NCBI GenBank assembly: GCA_965248265.1
Contig: CBDFJF010000002.1
Span: 2,688,001 to 2,752,000, forward strand
Source: Candidatus Latescibacterota bacterium
GTDB lineage: Bacteria > Latescibacterota > UBA2968 > UBA8231
Direction of reading: 5' to 3'
DNA length: 64,000 nucleotides
How positions within the stretch are numbered: the first letter of the stretch is position 1; each line of letters opens with the position of its first letter. Under the pieces are notes generated by a model. That model ran no database searches. It was not told the origin of the DNA and was given only the letters and a program-made list of their open reading frames with translations. Below are positions 51,060 through 61,433 of the stretch, one piece after another. Position numbers and translations under genes: made by a program.

Positions 51060-52328
51060 CTAACCTGCGCCGACGGGTTGTTCCATCAAGGCGCAGATGC
51101 CGCGCTCGAGGGTGACATCGGCCGGCAATTCTTCGAAATAGTATTCGGTTGGTTTTCCCAGGAATCCACGTACGTGGGTGGCATCGGCGGACCGCAGCAA
51201 CGCGTCCAACCGTTCGAATCGCTCCCACAGCTGATCCATTTCAGGCGTGGACAACCTTGTCAGCAGTTCCTGTTTCAGCACTGTGCTGAGCGGGGGGTGA
51301 TGGGGACCAATAACGGCCGTCGAAGTATCAACCCCGGCATCCGCTGACTGCCGCTGTGCCTCGATGTCACTTGCCAGGCGTGTCAGGATGATCAGGCAGC
51401 ATAGCCGGCCATCGGGTCCGGGGTGGAGCTTTCCTATCCCTGTCTGCAGGCGGGCACGGTCGCCGGCGATCACGGCGCGATAGATATCCTCGAACAGGCG
51501 GTACTCGGATCGGTAGAGCTCGAAGGCACGGGAAAGTCTGCCGCTGGCCGGTTCATCCAACAATCGGTAAAGATGCGGTGACACGGTGGTGCCGAGTTGG
51601 TGGGGCAGAATGTTGCCGAAGGAGCGGTAAGCGTAGTGCAGTGTCCGTCGCTTCTCGCGGCTCGTGTACTTGCTGCCCCAGTGGAGGAGCATGTTGTTAT
51701 AGACGACACCATCGCCAACCTTCAGGTCGACGCTGATGCTGCCATCGAGAGGGGTGGTGGTTCCTCCTTTTCTGTTCAGCTGCCGGGATTCCACCTCGGA
51801 GTTGAGCCGGCGATGACTGCCCGGAATCACGTTCAGGATGGCCTCGTCGTAGAGGGCGATGTTCCACTGCACGTGAGCGGGTCCGTTGGCATTCTCATCG
51901 GCGATGAGTTCGCCCAGTGGTCCGTTGTGGTCAGGTCGCACGTCCCGATGCCAGTTGCGCGGGTCGGTGCCCCAAGGCTGACCGCTGGGTTGCGGTTGCT
52001 CGGGTTCGAACTCGGGATTGCACAACACCGACACCATGTTGACGCCGATGGCATCTATAGAACAGTCTAGCAGCTGGGCGCTGACCCCCATGGTGTTGTC
52101 GTGGAGGGCGAGCTGAAAGCAGGTACGGGTGTCTCGGTCGCAGTGCTTGTCGATCAGGGTCCGCGGAAACGGCGTCGTGTCCCAGGTGGGATCGGCGGCG
52201 CGGGCGCGGGCGACGACGGTGTCGGTACTGGCGCGCACCGATTCGGTCTGATCCGGAGGCACGACCTGGTTGAGAATGACGAAACCATCCTCGAGGAATT
52301 GCTGCTTCATGGCATTGGTGATATACAT
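51060..52328 (-). CDS. PhyH-family dioxygenase
   Basis: FLEDGF, WHRD, IPGSH, LLHWG..RRTLH. Confidence 0.8.
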   Translation of the reverse strand: MYITNAMKQQFLEDGFVILNQVVPPDQTESVRASTDTVVARARAADPTWDTTPFPRTLIDKHCDRDTRTCFQLALHDNTMGVSAQLLDCSIDAIGVNMVSVLCNPEFEPEQPQPSGQPWGTDPRNWHRDVRPDHNGPLGELIADENANGPAHVQWNIALYDEAILNVIPGSHRRLNSEVESRQLNRKGGTTTPLDGSISVDLKVGDGVVYNNMLLHWGSKYTSREKRRTLHYAYRSFGNILPHQLGTTVSPHLYRLLDEPASGRLSRAFELYRSEYRLFEDIYRAVIAGDRARLQTGIGKLHPGPDGRLCCLIILTRLASDIEAQRQSADAGVDTSTAVIGPHHPPLSTVLKQELLTRLSTPEMDQLWERFERLDALLRSADATHVRGFLGKPTEYYFEELPADVTLERGICALMEQPVGAG

Positions 52329-52430
52329 CCTGTGGCCCTTCGTTCCGTTTGTTGCCCACGTCGGTTACGTGGATGAAGCCCTTCAATGGTTGTGCCTCGC
52401 GGCTCGAAGGTCAAGAACTGGGGCGATTCT

Positions 52431-53822
52431 TCAGTCTTCGGGCCGTTCACCGTGGGGCGCCATCTTTACCAATCTGGGGTCGAAGCGAGCCACCACATCC
52501 ACCAAGTCGGCCTGGTCCGCCATCACTGCCTCGATGTCCTTGTAAACGAACGGAACCTCGTCCAAGCCCGCCGAGAGCAGGGTGACCCTCTTTGCGGCCA
52601 GGACCTTCTCCGCGTCCTGCCAATTGAGCGTTTTTTTCGCCGCCTTGCGACTCATGACCCGCCCTGCTCCGTGCGCGGCAGAGCATAGCGATTCCGGCTG
52701 CCCCTTGCCGCGCACGGCAAAGGCCGGACTCGCCATCGATCCCGGAATAATCCCCAATACATCCGCACCGGCAGGGGTAGCGCCCTTGCGGTGGACGATC
52801 ACCTCCCTGTCTCCGTGCTCTTCCTTCCAGGCGAAGTTGTGGTGATTCTCGATATCGAGGAGCACCTCGGCCCCCAGATGCTCCACGATATGCCGGTGGA
52901 TGCAGGCGTGGTTGGCAGCGGCGTACTGGCCCATCAGTTCCATCGCCTCCCAGTATTCCTGGCCCTCTGCCGCATCCATGTCCAACCAGGCGAGATGTCT
53001 TAGCTCTCGCGGCAGATCCGGCAGGAGTTGCTGCGCCAACTTGCTATAGTGGTCGGCGATCGCCGCGCCGGTCCCCCTGCTCCCGCTATGGCTCAGAAGC
53101 GCGAGATACGTACCGGGGGCGAGCCTTTCCAACGTGTCCTCGACCGAAAACGTGCCAAATTCGACGAAGTGGTTGCCGCTGCCGCTCGTGCCCAGCTGTT
53201 TCCAAGCCCTCTCTTTGTCTGACTTTGCAACCCTCGACAGTACCGACCAGTCGGCATCCATTACCGCGTGCTGGCGCCTGCGCTGGCCCTTGAACGAAGC
53301 GCCGATTCCAAACCGGGTTTCCGCTTTGATCGCCTGCGTCAGCCGATCCTCTCTGTTGTCGAGTGTCTCGACAGGCATATCAAGCACCGACATCTTGACG
53401 CGGCAAGCGATGTCGACGCCGACCGCGTAGGGGACCACCGCGTTGTCGGTGGCCAACACCCCGCCGATGGGCAACCCGTATCCTGGATGCGCGTCCGGCA
53501 TCAGCGCCCCCGCCACCGCCACCGGCAACGCGCAGGCATTTTCGATCTGACGGATGGATTCAGACTCGATGTTGCTCCCCCACTGCTTGTAGGGCGCCGG
53601 CTCTTCGCGCTCGACGTAGCTCCTCTGGATCAGCAACTGAGCCAGTTCCCCGTACGCCGAGTCGTCGCCGAAGGCCTGCGGGTCTTTGACGACCGCGGCA
53701 ATGGCGGTCTTTATTTCCTCGACGTTATGGCCGTCTGCGACTAGGCCGCCGATCATGTCGAAAGCGTGGGTCAACGGCGCTCCTCGCGGGATGCCCAGTT
53801 CCTGTAATTCTTTACTCTTCAT
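52431..53822 (-). CDS. rtcB: RtcB-family RNA ligase
   Basis: MPDAH.GY, GVDIAC, GSGNHF, HSGSRG, HN, HRKGAT, PGSM, HGAGR, YKD. Confidence 0.95.
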   Translation of the reverse strand: MKSKELQELGIPRGAPLTHAFDMIGGLVADGHNVEEIKTAIAAVVKDPQAFGDDSAYGELAQLLIQRSYVEREEPAPYKQWGSNIESESIRQIENACALPVAVAGALMPDAHPGYGLPIGGVLATDNAVVPYAVGVDIACRVKMSVLDMPVETLDNREDRLTQAIKAETRFGIGASFKGQRRRQHAVMDADWSVLSRVAKSDKERAWKQLGTSGSGNHFVEFGTFSVEDTLERLAPGTYLALLSHSGSRGTGAAIADHYSKLAQQLLPDLPRELRHLAWLDMDAAEGQEYWEAMELMGQYAAANHACIHRHIVEHLGAEVLLDIENHHNFAWKEEHGDREVIVHRKGATPAGADVLGIIPGSMASPAFAVRGKGQPESLCSAAHGAGRVMSRKAAKKTLNWQDAEKVLAAKRVTLLSAGLDEVPFVYKDIEAVMADQADLVDVVARFDPRLVKMAPHGERPED

Positions 53823-53915
53823 TTCATCCACTCCTGCCGCGTTTTCCTGCGTGGATGTAACGCCTCGGCAGCATGTGCTCGGCGAGTCGGGTACACTCAG
53901 CAATCAGCAAAGACA

Positions 53916-53964
53916 ATGCATGGTGGATAAAAAGCGGATTATCATTAGTCGGTCAAGTGGGTTT
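53916..53964 (-). repeat. degenerate oriIS-like terminus (copy O)
   Basis: AGTCGGTCAAGTGGGTTT is identical to copy J; ends TTTTATCCACCATGCAT on the minus strand. Confidence 0.6.
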
Positions 53965-54019
53965 CGCGCCTTGCGACGCTGCAAGAGCTAGTTATCGCCT
54001 AACAACAGGGAGCAGAGAC

Positions 54020-55624
54020 ATGGCAAAGCCTCGCATGATGTTCTACCACGACGGACGTCACCCGCTGATCTACATGTACGAGCCACCGATGCAGAAGGAG
54101 GAGTACGAGGCGGGTGTGGACGAGCTGGTGGGCACGTCCATCGAGGCGATCATGTTCTGTCTGGGGGATGGGCGTACGATGTTGCATGACACCAAGGTAG
54201 GAGAGCTATGGGGCACTCCTACCCAGAAGTGGCCCCACCTGGGCTTCCGCAGGGCATACCAGAACGCCAAACACCTTATCGAGGAGGGGAACGACCCCCT
54301 GCAGGTGATCTGTGACCGGGCTCATGCCAAGGGTCTGCTGCTGTACCCCACGCTGCTGGTGCAGCAGTGGAGCGGGGATCCCGAGGCCGATCCCGGTAAC
54401 TTTGCCCGCACCTCCAGCTTCCGCCTGGAGAACAAGCATTTGGAGATCGGTGCCAGGGGGGATCTGGATCCAGAAGCTCGGTCGACCCATTACCTGGACT
54501 TCAAGCACGAAGAGGTGAGGGGGGAGCGGTTCGCGCTGATCCAGGAGACCGTGGACCGGTACCCGGTGGATGGTTTCGAGCTGCAGTTGAACTACGGGCT
54601 CGCCTACTTCCACCCTGACGAGATGGAGGAAGGCCGTCGGACCATGACCGGCTGGATTCGCCGCGTGTATGAGGCGGTCAAGAAGGGTGGCCCGGACCGA
54701 GAGCTGGTACTCCGTGTACCTACCAGCATCGAGATGGCGCATTCCATCGGGCTGGACCTGCGGGAGTGGATCGATCAGGGCATCGTGGACGTGCTCGTGG
54801 GTGAGGAGTTCCACAGGTCCACTTCGCTGAGTTTCTCCTTCGCGAATCCGGGCATCGATTTCACCGAGCTGGTCGAGGTTGCCAGAGGCTCAGGCTGCCG
54901 TGTGCACGCCTCGATCTACAGCCACCTGGACTCGGACCGCCTGAGCCAGGCGACTATCGAGATGATCCGGGCTTCGGCGTGTAACTACTGGGAGCAGGGC
55001 ATCGACGGGATGTACCTGTCGCACTGGTTCAGCAACTGGCCGTACCAAGGGTCATTCTACGAAAAGCTGCGCGAGCTGCCGCACCCTGATGTCATGGCAC
55101 CCAGAGACAAGATCTACCATGTACCGACCAGTACCGGAGTCTACCCTGACCCAGCATCGGAGCCTGGGGTGCCGATGCAGCTGCCGGCGGACCTGGAGGT
55201 GAACGAGCCAATCGAAATAGCGCTTACGATTGCCGACGACCTAGCTCGCTGGGATGCCGCGGGTCGTGTCCACGAGGTGCTGTTGCGGGTGCGAATGATC
55301 GAGACAACGGAGCTAGACCGGTATCGCTTCAAGCTGAATGGCAGCGAGCTGCCCGACCGGCTGCTGCGCAAGATCAACCGGATGTACATGATGGGCGCGC
55401 CCCGATACCGGGTGAGGGGCTACTGGTACGTCTTCAGGCTGGACCGCGAGCACTGGCCCCAGAAGGGACACAATAACGTCGAGGTAACCCTTCTTGAGCG
55501 GGATCCTGACGTGACCCCCCAGGTTCGGCTGCGCGACGTGGAGCTTGAGATCAAGTACCTGATGGGCAAGAACTTCCATCGTGACTTCGTAGACCCGGAC
55601 CTTGGACCGTATGAGCACTCGTAG
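54020..55624 (+). CDS. hypothetical glycoside-hydrolase-like TIM-barrel protein
   Basis: FYHDGRH, YPVDGFEL, GLDLREW, GIDGMY. Confidence 0.7.
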   Translation: MAKPRMMFYHDGRHPLIYMYEPPMQKEEYEAGVDELVGTSIEAIMFCLGDGRTMLHDTKVGELWGTPTQKWPHLGFRRAYQNAKHLIEEGNDPLQVICDRAHAKGLLLYPTLLVQQWSGDPEADPGNFARTSSFRLENKHLEIGARGDLDPEARSTHYLDFKHEEVRGERFALIQETVDRYPVDGFELQLNYGLAYFHPDEMEEGRRTMTGWIRRVYEAVKKGGPDRELVLRVPTSIEMAHSIGLDLREWIDQGIVDVLVGEEFHRSTSLSFSFANPGIDFTELVEVARGSGCRVHASIYSHLDSDRLSQATIEMIRASACNYWEQGIDGMYLSHWFSNWPYQGSFYEKLRELPHPDVMAPRDKIYHVPTSTGVYPDPASEPGVPMQLPADLEVNEPIEIALTIADDLARWDAAGRVHEVLLRVRMIETTELDRYRFKLNGSELPDRLLRKINRMYMMGAPRYRVRGYWYVFRLDREHWPQKGHNNVEVTLLERDPDVTPQVRLRDVELEIKYLMGKNFHRDFVDPDLGPYEHS

Positions 55625-55646
55625 GACTGGATATGTATTACGTGCG

Positions 55647-55698
55647 GGAGTTTGCCGCAGGCAAACCCAAAGAGACCGATCGTTAGATCGGTCTCTCC
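55647..55698. repeat. second copy of the double-hairpin mini-element, between convergent genes
   Basis: GGAGTTTGCCGCAGGCAAACCCAAAGAGACCGATCGTTAGATCGGTCTCTCC. Confidence 0.85.
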
Positions 55699-55701
55699 TA
55701 T

Positions 55702-56781
55702 TCAGGGGAATAACGGGTGCTCCAGGGCCTCCTCGTAGGTCTGCGCTCGTCCCGAGTGGTCGCCGCCGAGCCATCGGTAGGGCTTGGGGTAGAGCGTCAG
55801 TGAACGGTCCTCCAACGGAAGCTTCAGTGGCACACTGCCCCACAGCGCCGAGTACTTGGCGGCAATCGCCACCTCCAGTGACTGCCGCAGGTCGTGTCCA
55901 GATACGAACAGCTCGCCGCCATTCGATACCACGTCGAGGAAGGACAGGATCGTGGTGCCCAGGTACGAGAACCGGGGGTATCGCTCGGGTGCGTACGCCC
56001 GGTCTACCTTGATTCGGGCGCCGCTCGGGTCGAAACCCTGGTAGATTTCGGGCGTCACCCAGTCCCAGCGGACGAGGGTATCGTCGGTCCATACGTCGAC
56101 CCCGTGACATGGGGTCCGCTGGCCGAAAACAGGACAGCTGAGGCCGTTGGTCAAGCTGAACAGCCCGTTGATGATCAGACCTTCGTCCGTGTCGCTCTTG
56201 AGCGCCTCTTCGGGGGTACCCCAGGCGATGACTTCACTCACCTCGGCCTGGGCCAGGAGCCGCAGCACGGCGATATGCTGGCACCCACCACCCGAAACCT
56301 CGCCGCTGCCCCATCCATGCACGCTGGCGCCGCGCAACTCCCCGTAGTCGCCGGCGCGCAGCCAACCGGCGACCTCCTGGATCGGCGACATCGCCCGCTT
56401 GAGGTTACCGCCGGCAAAGACGACGCCGCGCTCGGCACACACGTCGACCATTTCGTCGGCATCTGCCAGACACGCCGCGATCGGCTTGTCCGTGGACACC
56501 CCCTTGACCCCCGCCTGGGCGCTGGCGATCACCGCCTCCTTTATGTGCTTGGCGGGCAGCACGACGGCGGCCAGGTCAGGCACGATCTCCCGGTACATGG
56601 CCTCCGCGTCCGGGTAGAGCGCTTTGATACCGAAGCGTTCACCGACTGCCCGCCGCCGGTCCGGGTTGATCTCTGCAATGGCGACCAATTCAGTATCTGG
56701 GAGCGTCTGATAGACCTCGGCATAGTGCTGACCGAGGCGCCCGCCACCAATTACGGCAACGGTATGTTTGGGCTCAGCCAT
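55702..56781 (-). CDS. Gfo/Idh/MocA oxidoreductase
   Basis: VIGGGRLG, DKPIA. Confidence 0.88.
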   Translation of the reverse strand: MAEPKHTVAVIGGGRLGQHYAEVYQTLPDTELVAIAEINPDRRRAVGERFGIKALYPDAEAMYREIVPDLAAVVLPAKHIKEAVIASAQAGVKGVSTDKPIAACLADADEMVDVCAERGVVFAGGNLKRAMSPIQEVAGWLRAGDYGELRGASVHGWGSGEVSGGGCQHIAVLRLLAQAEVSEVIAWGTPEEALKSDTDEGLIINGLFSLTNGLSCPVFGQRTPCHGVDVWTDDTLVRWDWVTPEIYQGFDPSGARIKVDRAYAPERYPRFSYLGTTILSFLDVVSNGGELFVSGHDLRQSLEVAIAAKYSALWGSVPLKLPLEDRSLTLYPKPYRWLGGDHSGRAQTYEEALEHPLFP

Positions 56782-56990
56782 GATTGACTCCACCTGAAGG
56801 TCGCGAGTGCCGAGCGAGTTACGTCTGTTCCGACTCACCTTTGCAACCAATGCTGCACTGGTCTGTCAAGAAACTCGTCCAGCGGTACGCCGTCGCCACC
56901 CACCAGCAGCGTGCGATCTGGCTGGAAGGCGTCGGAACACCAATCGTGGGCAAATGTCGGGTCTAATGCGTCGGCGAAAATCCATGTGCT

Positions 56991-58139
56991 TTAGGCTTGG
57001 ATCAGACGAAACGCAGGATCGAACAGATCGCCGATCTGACTTTGATCGCCAGACATGAAGGCACTGTAAATCCTGGCTTCTCGTTGTTCCATGCGGTCGC
57101 CGTCGAATGCGTGGGCGCGTGTTCTGGCCGCAATCCCCAAGCTACGACGCAGGTTCACATCGTCCATGAGACGGGCAAATCCGTCCCTGAAGGCATCTGC
57201 ACTACGGTCGACGATCAGTCCCGTGTCCCCCAACAATTCCGGAATTGGCTCCGTCGGACAGGCGACAACGGGAAGCCCAGACGCCATAGCCTCTAACACA
57301 GGTATGCAGAATCCCTCATACAGCGTAGACATCGCAAAAACGTCCGCTGCACGGTAAGTCTCATGAATGCGATCATTGGGAACGGACGGGACAAAGGACA
57401 CCCTCGCGCCCATATCGAGTTCCTCGACGAGCCGATGTAGCTTGTCTTCCAACTCCCCCTGACCGACCAAGACGAGATTCGCATCGAGCGGCTTGATCGC
57501 ACGGATGATCGTCTCCGGATCTTTCTGGGGATCCAGGCGCATGACTGAAAGAATGGTGAGAGGTCTGTTCTCCGAATACTTGCGTTCATGAACGAACTGA
57601 GAAGTGTAGACCCGATTGTAGTTCGTGATCGTACGTTCGGACCCGTGCCGCTTCGCGTATCGGTGCAGGTAGTTGCTCACGCAGATGACGGCCGACGCCT
57701 TGCTCATGGTATATCTCTCGAGCGGTCGGACCAGGTTGAGCAAGACGGGCCGCTCGTATCGTCGCACCACGTCGATGTCGTTGTGGATCGAGGCCACGCA
57801 CGGAATGCCCAGGCATCTGCCAGCATACACACCTAGGCTCCCACATTGCCAGGGGCCATGAGCACGAATGATGTCTGGCTCGATCCTACTGACTAGACTG
57901 CGAACGCGCGGATAGTAAAAGGGAAGGGTAGCCATGTTCGGCCGCCCAATTTCATGGATGTAGAGCTTCGCATTCCCCACGAGGGCCTGTACGGAGCTTG
58001 GCTCGACATCTTTCTTGCACAGCGAGATGATGTGGACCTCGTCGAAGAGGCCCTGCGGGTTCCAATACCGAGTCTTTATCTCGCCCTTCTGATAGTACTT
58101 GTAGAGAGGATCTCCAGGTACTACCACAAGTCTACTCAT
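56991..58139 (-). CDS. GT4 glycosyltransferase
   Basis: R...K, EGFCIPVLEAMASG. Confidence 0.92.
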   Translation of the reverse strand: MSRLVVVPGDPLYKYYQKGEIKTRYWNPQGLFDEVHIISLCKKDVEPSSVQALVGNAKLYIHEIGRPNMATLPFYYPRVRSLVSRIEPDIIRAHGPWQCGSLGVYAGRCLGIPCVASIHNDIDVVRRYERPVLLNLVRPLERYTMSKASAVICVSNYLHRYAKRHGSERTITNYNRVYTSQFVHERKYSENRPLTILSVMRLDPQKDPETIIRAIKPLDANLVLVGQGELEDKLHRLVEELDMGARVSFVPSVPNDRIHETYRAADVFAMSTLYEGFCIPVLEAMASGLPVVACPTEPIPELLGDTGLIVDRSADAFRDGFARLMDDVNLRRSLGIAARTRAHAFDGDRMEQREARIYSAFMSGDQSQIGDLFDPAFRLIQA

Positions 58140-58449
58140 CGACCGACCTCGGTTTTCTGGTTCATCTTCTTGAAAAAAGCCACGAAGGAGCTCGACGTGC
58201 CACTGATGTTGGCGATGACCCGGTTTTGTAGGTATAGGGATCATGCTCCGATACTGTCAACTCTGTGAAAATTGCCTTAGCAGCAATCCTTCGTCGGGAT
58301 GACACAATCAAGCTTCGATGGTATCTTAGTACTCCCCCCACTCTGCAGTGCAATACTCTCCAACTCCCTTCCGTGAATTCATCTCGCGCCAGTCAGGTTG
58401 CTGCCGTGAGTATCTGAGCTGTCGATCCGAATCGCATGGGAGCATCTGT

Positions 58450-60270
58450 ATGTCTGTGATCCTGGGTCTGCATGTCGGCCACGACGGGACGGCCGGTCTC
58501 GTCATCGACGGGCGGATCGTGGCCGCCATAGGTGAGGAACGGCTCAGTAGAACCAAGCAGCACTATGGCTATCCATATCTCGCGATCGCCGAAGTGTTGA
58601 GTGAAGGGGGCGTAAGTCCGGAGCATGTCGAACAGATCGCGATCGGTGGCGATGAGGTGATGAATCTGAATCCATGGCAGATCCGACATATCTATTCACG
58701 GGAAGAGAAGGGGATCACGGATTTCTCCAATGCCGTGCCTCGTATGGTTGGCTGCGAGGCAGTGATCGGAGCACTGGGGATTGGTACTCGTAAGGTTCTC
58801 GGACTCGCAGACGCAAGGCCAGTACGGGCACGACGAGCACTGGAGGGTGCCCTGCGCGACAGTGGTCTCGACCCCGGGCGGATGAGGAACTTCGACCATC
58901 ACCTATGTCATGCTGCCGGCGCCTACGGTACATCACCCTTCGACGAAGCGCTCGCCGTCACCATCGATGGATACGGGGATGGCGTGAACACGGCGTTATG
59001 GCGCTGTTACCCCAAGGGCATTGAGAGGATCGCCTACGGTCCCAGACCGGATGATGCAGCCGCCTATTCCCCCGGCGACTTCTACTCCTACGCAACGTGC
59101 ATGCTCGGCTATAAACGCAACCGACATGAGGGTAAGATCACAGGGCTGGCGGCGCTCGCCGACCCCAACGATCTCTACGCAACACTCGAGGATCTACTCG
59201 TCGTGGATGAGGAAAACGCTGCATTCTCCTCGAGTGTCACGGCTTTCCGCAATACAGGTGAACGCCGCCCACACGTGATCCTTGAGCGCCTGGCACGCTG
59301 GGCCTTCACCGGCAAGCTGTGGGACCCGCTCCTGGTGCGCGAATTGGAGAGACGATGTGATGGGGCGTCCCCGGCACAGGTGGCAGCGGCAGTTCAACAG
59401 TTGGTTGAGAATCGCATCGTCAGCGTTGTCGACCACTGGGTGCAGAAGACGGGTCAGCGAAATATCTGCCTCGCCGGGGGTGTCTTCGCCAACGTGAAGA
59501 TCAACCAACGCATCGCCGAATTGCCGGGCGTAGATGAAGTCTACATCCACCCCAACATGGGAGACGGTGGACTAGCGATGGGTGCCGCCCTGCTCGCCAG
59601 CGGCAATGGTGTTTTACCAAGACAGATGATAGACGACGTCTTCCTTGGCCCAACCTACTCCGACAACCAGATCGAGAAGGCTCTACGCGCCGCAGATGTC
59701 ACCTTCGCGCACGACCCTCAGATCGAACACAGAATCGCCGACGCTGTCCACAATGGGCGCATCGTGGCTCGTTTCGACGGTCGCATGGAATATGGGCCAC
59801 GTGCCCTGGGGAATCGTACGATCATCGCTTCCCCGACCGATGCCAGTATCAACGACTGGCTCAACAAACGCCTACATCGAACCGAGTTCATGCCCTTCGC
59901 GCCGGCGGTACTTGCCGAAGACGGGCCGAAAGTTTTTGAGAACTTCCGAGCAACACAAGCCTTGAAATTCATGACGATCACGATGGATGTGAAACCGGAA
60001 TGGATCGAGCGCGCGCCAGCAGTGTGCCATGTTGACGGCACAGCTCGGCCACAGCTTCTCGATCCAGTCAACACGCCTTCCTTCTACAAGACCGTGCAGG
60101 CTTACAAAGCCCTCTCCGGTCTGCCGCTACTGATCAACACCAGCTACAACATGCACGAAGAGCCAATCGTCTGTAGTCCGAGTGATGCCATTCGGGCATT
60201 CAAATTGGGCCACCTCGACGTGTTAGCCATCGGACCTTTCTGGGTCTCCCAGCCGCGCCAGGCCGACTGA
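58450..60270 (+). CDS. carbamoyltransferase (NodU/CmcH family)
   Basis: HD, EERLSR.K, HHLCHA, EGK..GLA, AGGVFAN, EYGPRALGNR, HVDGTAR, NTS.N. Confidence 0.95.
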   Translation: MSVILGLHVGHDGTAGLVIDGRIVAAIGEERLSRTKQHYGYPYLAIAEVLSEGGVSPEHVEQIAIGGDEVMNLNPWQIRHIYSREEKGITDFSNAVPRMVGCEAVIGALGIGTRKVLGLADARPVRARRALEGALRDSGLDPGRMRNFDHHLCHAAGAYGTSPFDEALAVTIDGYGDGVNTALWRCYPKGIERIAYGPRPDDAAAYSPGDFYSYATCMLGYKRNRHEGKITGLAALADPNDLYATLEDLLVVDEENAAFSSSVTAFRNTGERRPHVILERLARWAFTGKLWDPLLVRELERRCDGASPAQVAAAVQQLVENRIVSVVDHWVQKTGQRNICLAGGVFANVKINQRIAELPGVDEVYIHPNMGDGGLAMGAALLASGNGVLPRQMIDDVFLGPTYSDNQIEKALRAADVTFAHDPQIEHRIADAVHNGRIVARFDGRMEYGPRALGNRTIIASPTDASINDWLNKRLHRTEFMPFAPAVLAEDGPKVFENFRATQALKFMTITMDVKPEWIERAPAVCHVDGTARPQLLDPVNTPSFYKTVQAYKALSGLPLLINTSYNMHEEPIVCSPSDAIRAFKLGHLDVLAIGPFWVSQPRQAD

Positions 60271-60544
60271 CAGAGAGGTTCGGGAAATGAAGGCCAGGAA
60301 TGCGAGCGTCTTCGCTGGCATTCATTGCCCTGGGTGTCCTGCTCTTTGCCCTTGGTGGCGCTCAGGTAGCGGAATTTACCCCAGAAGGTGCAGCCTCGGA
60401 ATCTAGCTGGGGACGGGGGCGCGCCGGGGTGATCGGCCGGGGTACCATGTCGGGGATGTGTAGTTATAAACATCATAGTCGTTACAAACGTCATAGTCGT
60501 GAGTCTATATCGGTCTGAGCGTGTGTCGAGATAGTTTCTTCACA

Positions 60545-61405
60545 TTACACCCTCCCCGGAAACGATCGCCCCCGCACCTGCTTGAACGGTGGCATCTTCG
60601 GCGCATCAGTGACCGCATCGTCTTTGAATGACCTCGCCCGCATGTAGTGGACAGCGCAACCGCGGCGACGGGCGGCAGATTGGTTGGCACCGCTGCAGTG
60701 CAGGGTGAGACTGTGATGGAAGCTGATGCTGCCAGACCCCAGCGGTGCTAGCACAGACGGCCATCGACCCTGGTTGAGGTCATCCACGAAGGGAGCTACC
60801 CGCTCCAAGTTGCCGCCGCTGCCATCAGGCACCAGAACCAGGACACTCTCTACTCCATGGCCAGCGGTAGTGACAAACAGGGGCGGAAATTCACTGGCGT
60901 CGGTGCGGATGACGTTGGGACGGAAGTAGGCGTCGTCAATGAAGCCATCGTAATACTGCCATGGCCGCTCGATCCTACCCTCGCCCTCGAGGATCTCGAT
61001 CCCGACAAACGGCTCCGTTACCAAGATGGGCCCATCGCTCGGAAAGAAGGCGATTCTGAAGTCATGCAGGCCAGCGTCGGAGTGCTTGAAGACCAGGGGA
61101 TGTTCCACGCGGCCGTTAACGACAAGAGCGCGGTGCTCGAGGATCCCTCGTGATGAGTCGAACTCGAACGTCAACGCCGGAATTCCCTCATCTGCGACGC
61201 TGCCCCTGACCCAATATGTCTCGCCCGTCGTGAACCGCGTGGGCAATGGTGCGTCCAAGGCGATGATCCCATCAAGATACTCCTCCGGAACTGACTGTCC
61301 GAACGCGGCCGTGCTCACGACGCAACCAGCCAACCAGGCTACCACGAGACGGTTGGTTCCTGAGTGAAGCGCTGCTTGGTAGCCATTGAGATGAACGTGA
61401 GGCAT
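60545..61405 (-). CDS. hypothetical secreted protein, C-terminus probably degenerate
   Basis: Signal-like leader; coding-like for roughly 200 aa. Confidence 0.45.
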   Translation of the reverse strand: MPHVHLNGYQAALHSGTNRLVVAWLAGCVVSTAAFGQSVPEEYLDGIIALDAPLPTRFTTGETYWVRGSVADEGIPALTFEFDSSRGILEHRALVVNGRVEHPLVFKHSDAGLHDFRIAFFPSDGPILVTEPFVGIEILEGEGRIERPWQYYDGFIDDAYFRPNVIRTDASEFPPLFVTTAGHGVESVLVLVPDGSGGNLERVAPFVDDLNQGRWPSVLAPLGSGSISFHHSLTLHCSGANQSAARRRGCAVHYMRARSFKDDAVTDAPKMPPFKQVRGRSFPGRV

Positions 61406-61433
61406 AGTGTCGCAATCACCGGCGGCCTACAAC

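Noticed and set aside
52431-53822. RtcB as part of the mobile system or a defence module
   Set aside because: No rtcA, rtcR, Ro/Y-RNA or toxin neighbours; appears to be an ordinary standalone gene.
60468-60502. Imperfect ~18-bp tandem repeat (AAACRTCATAGTCGT)
   Set aside because: Only two units; no array or associated gene.
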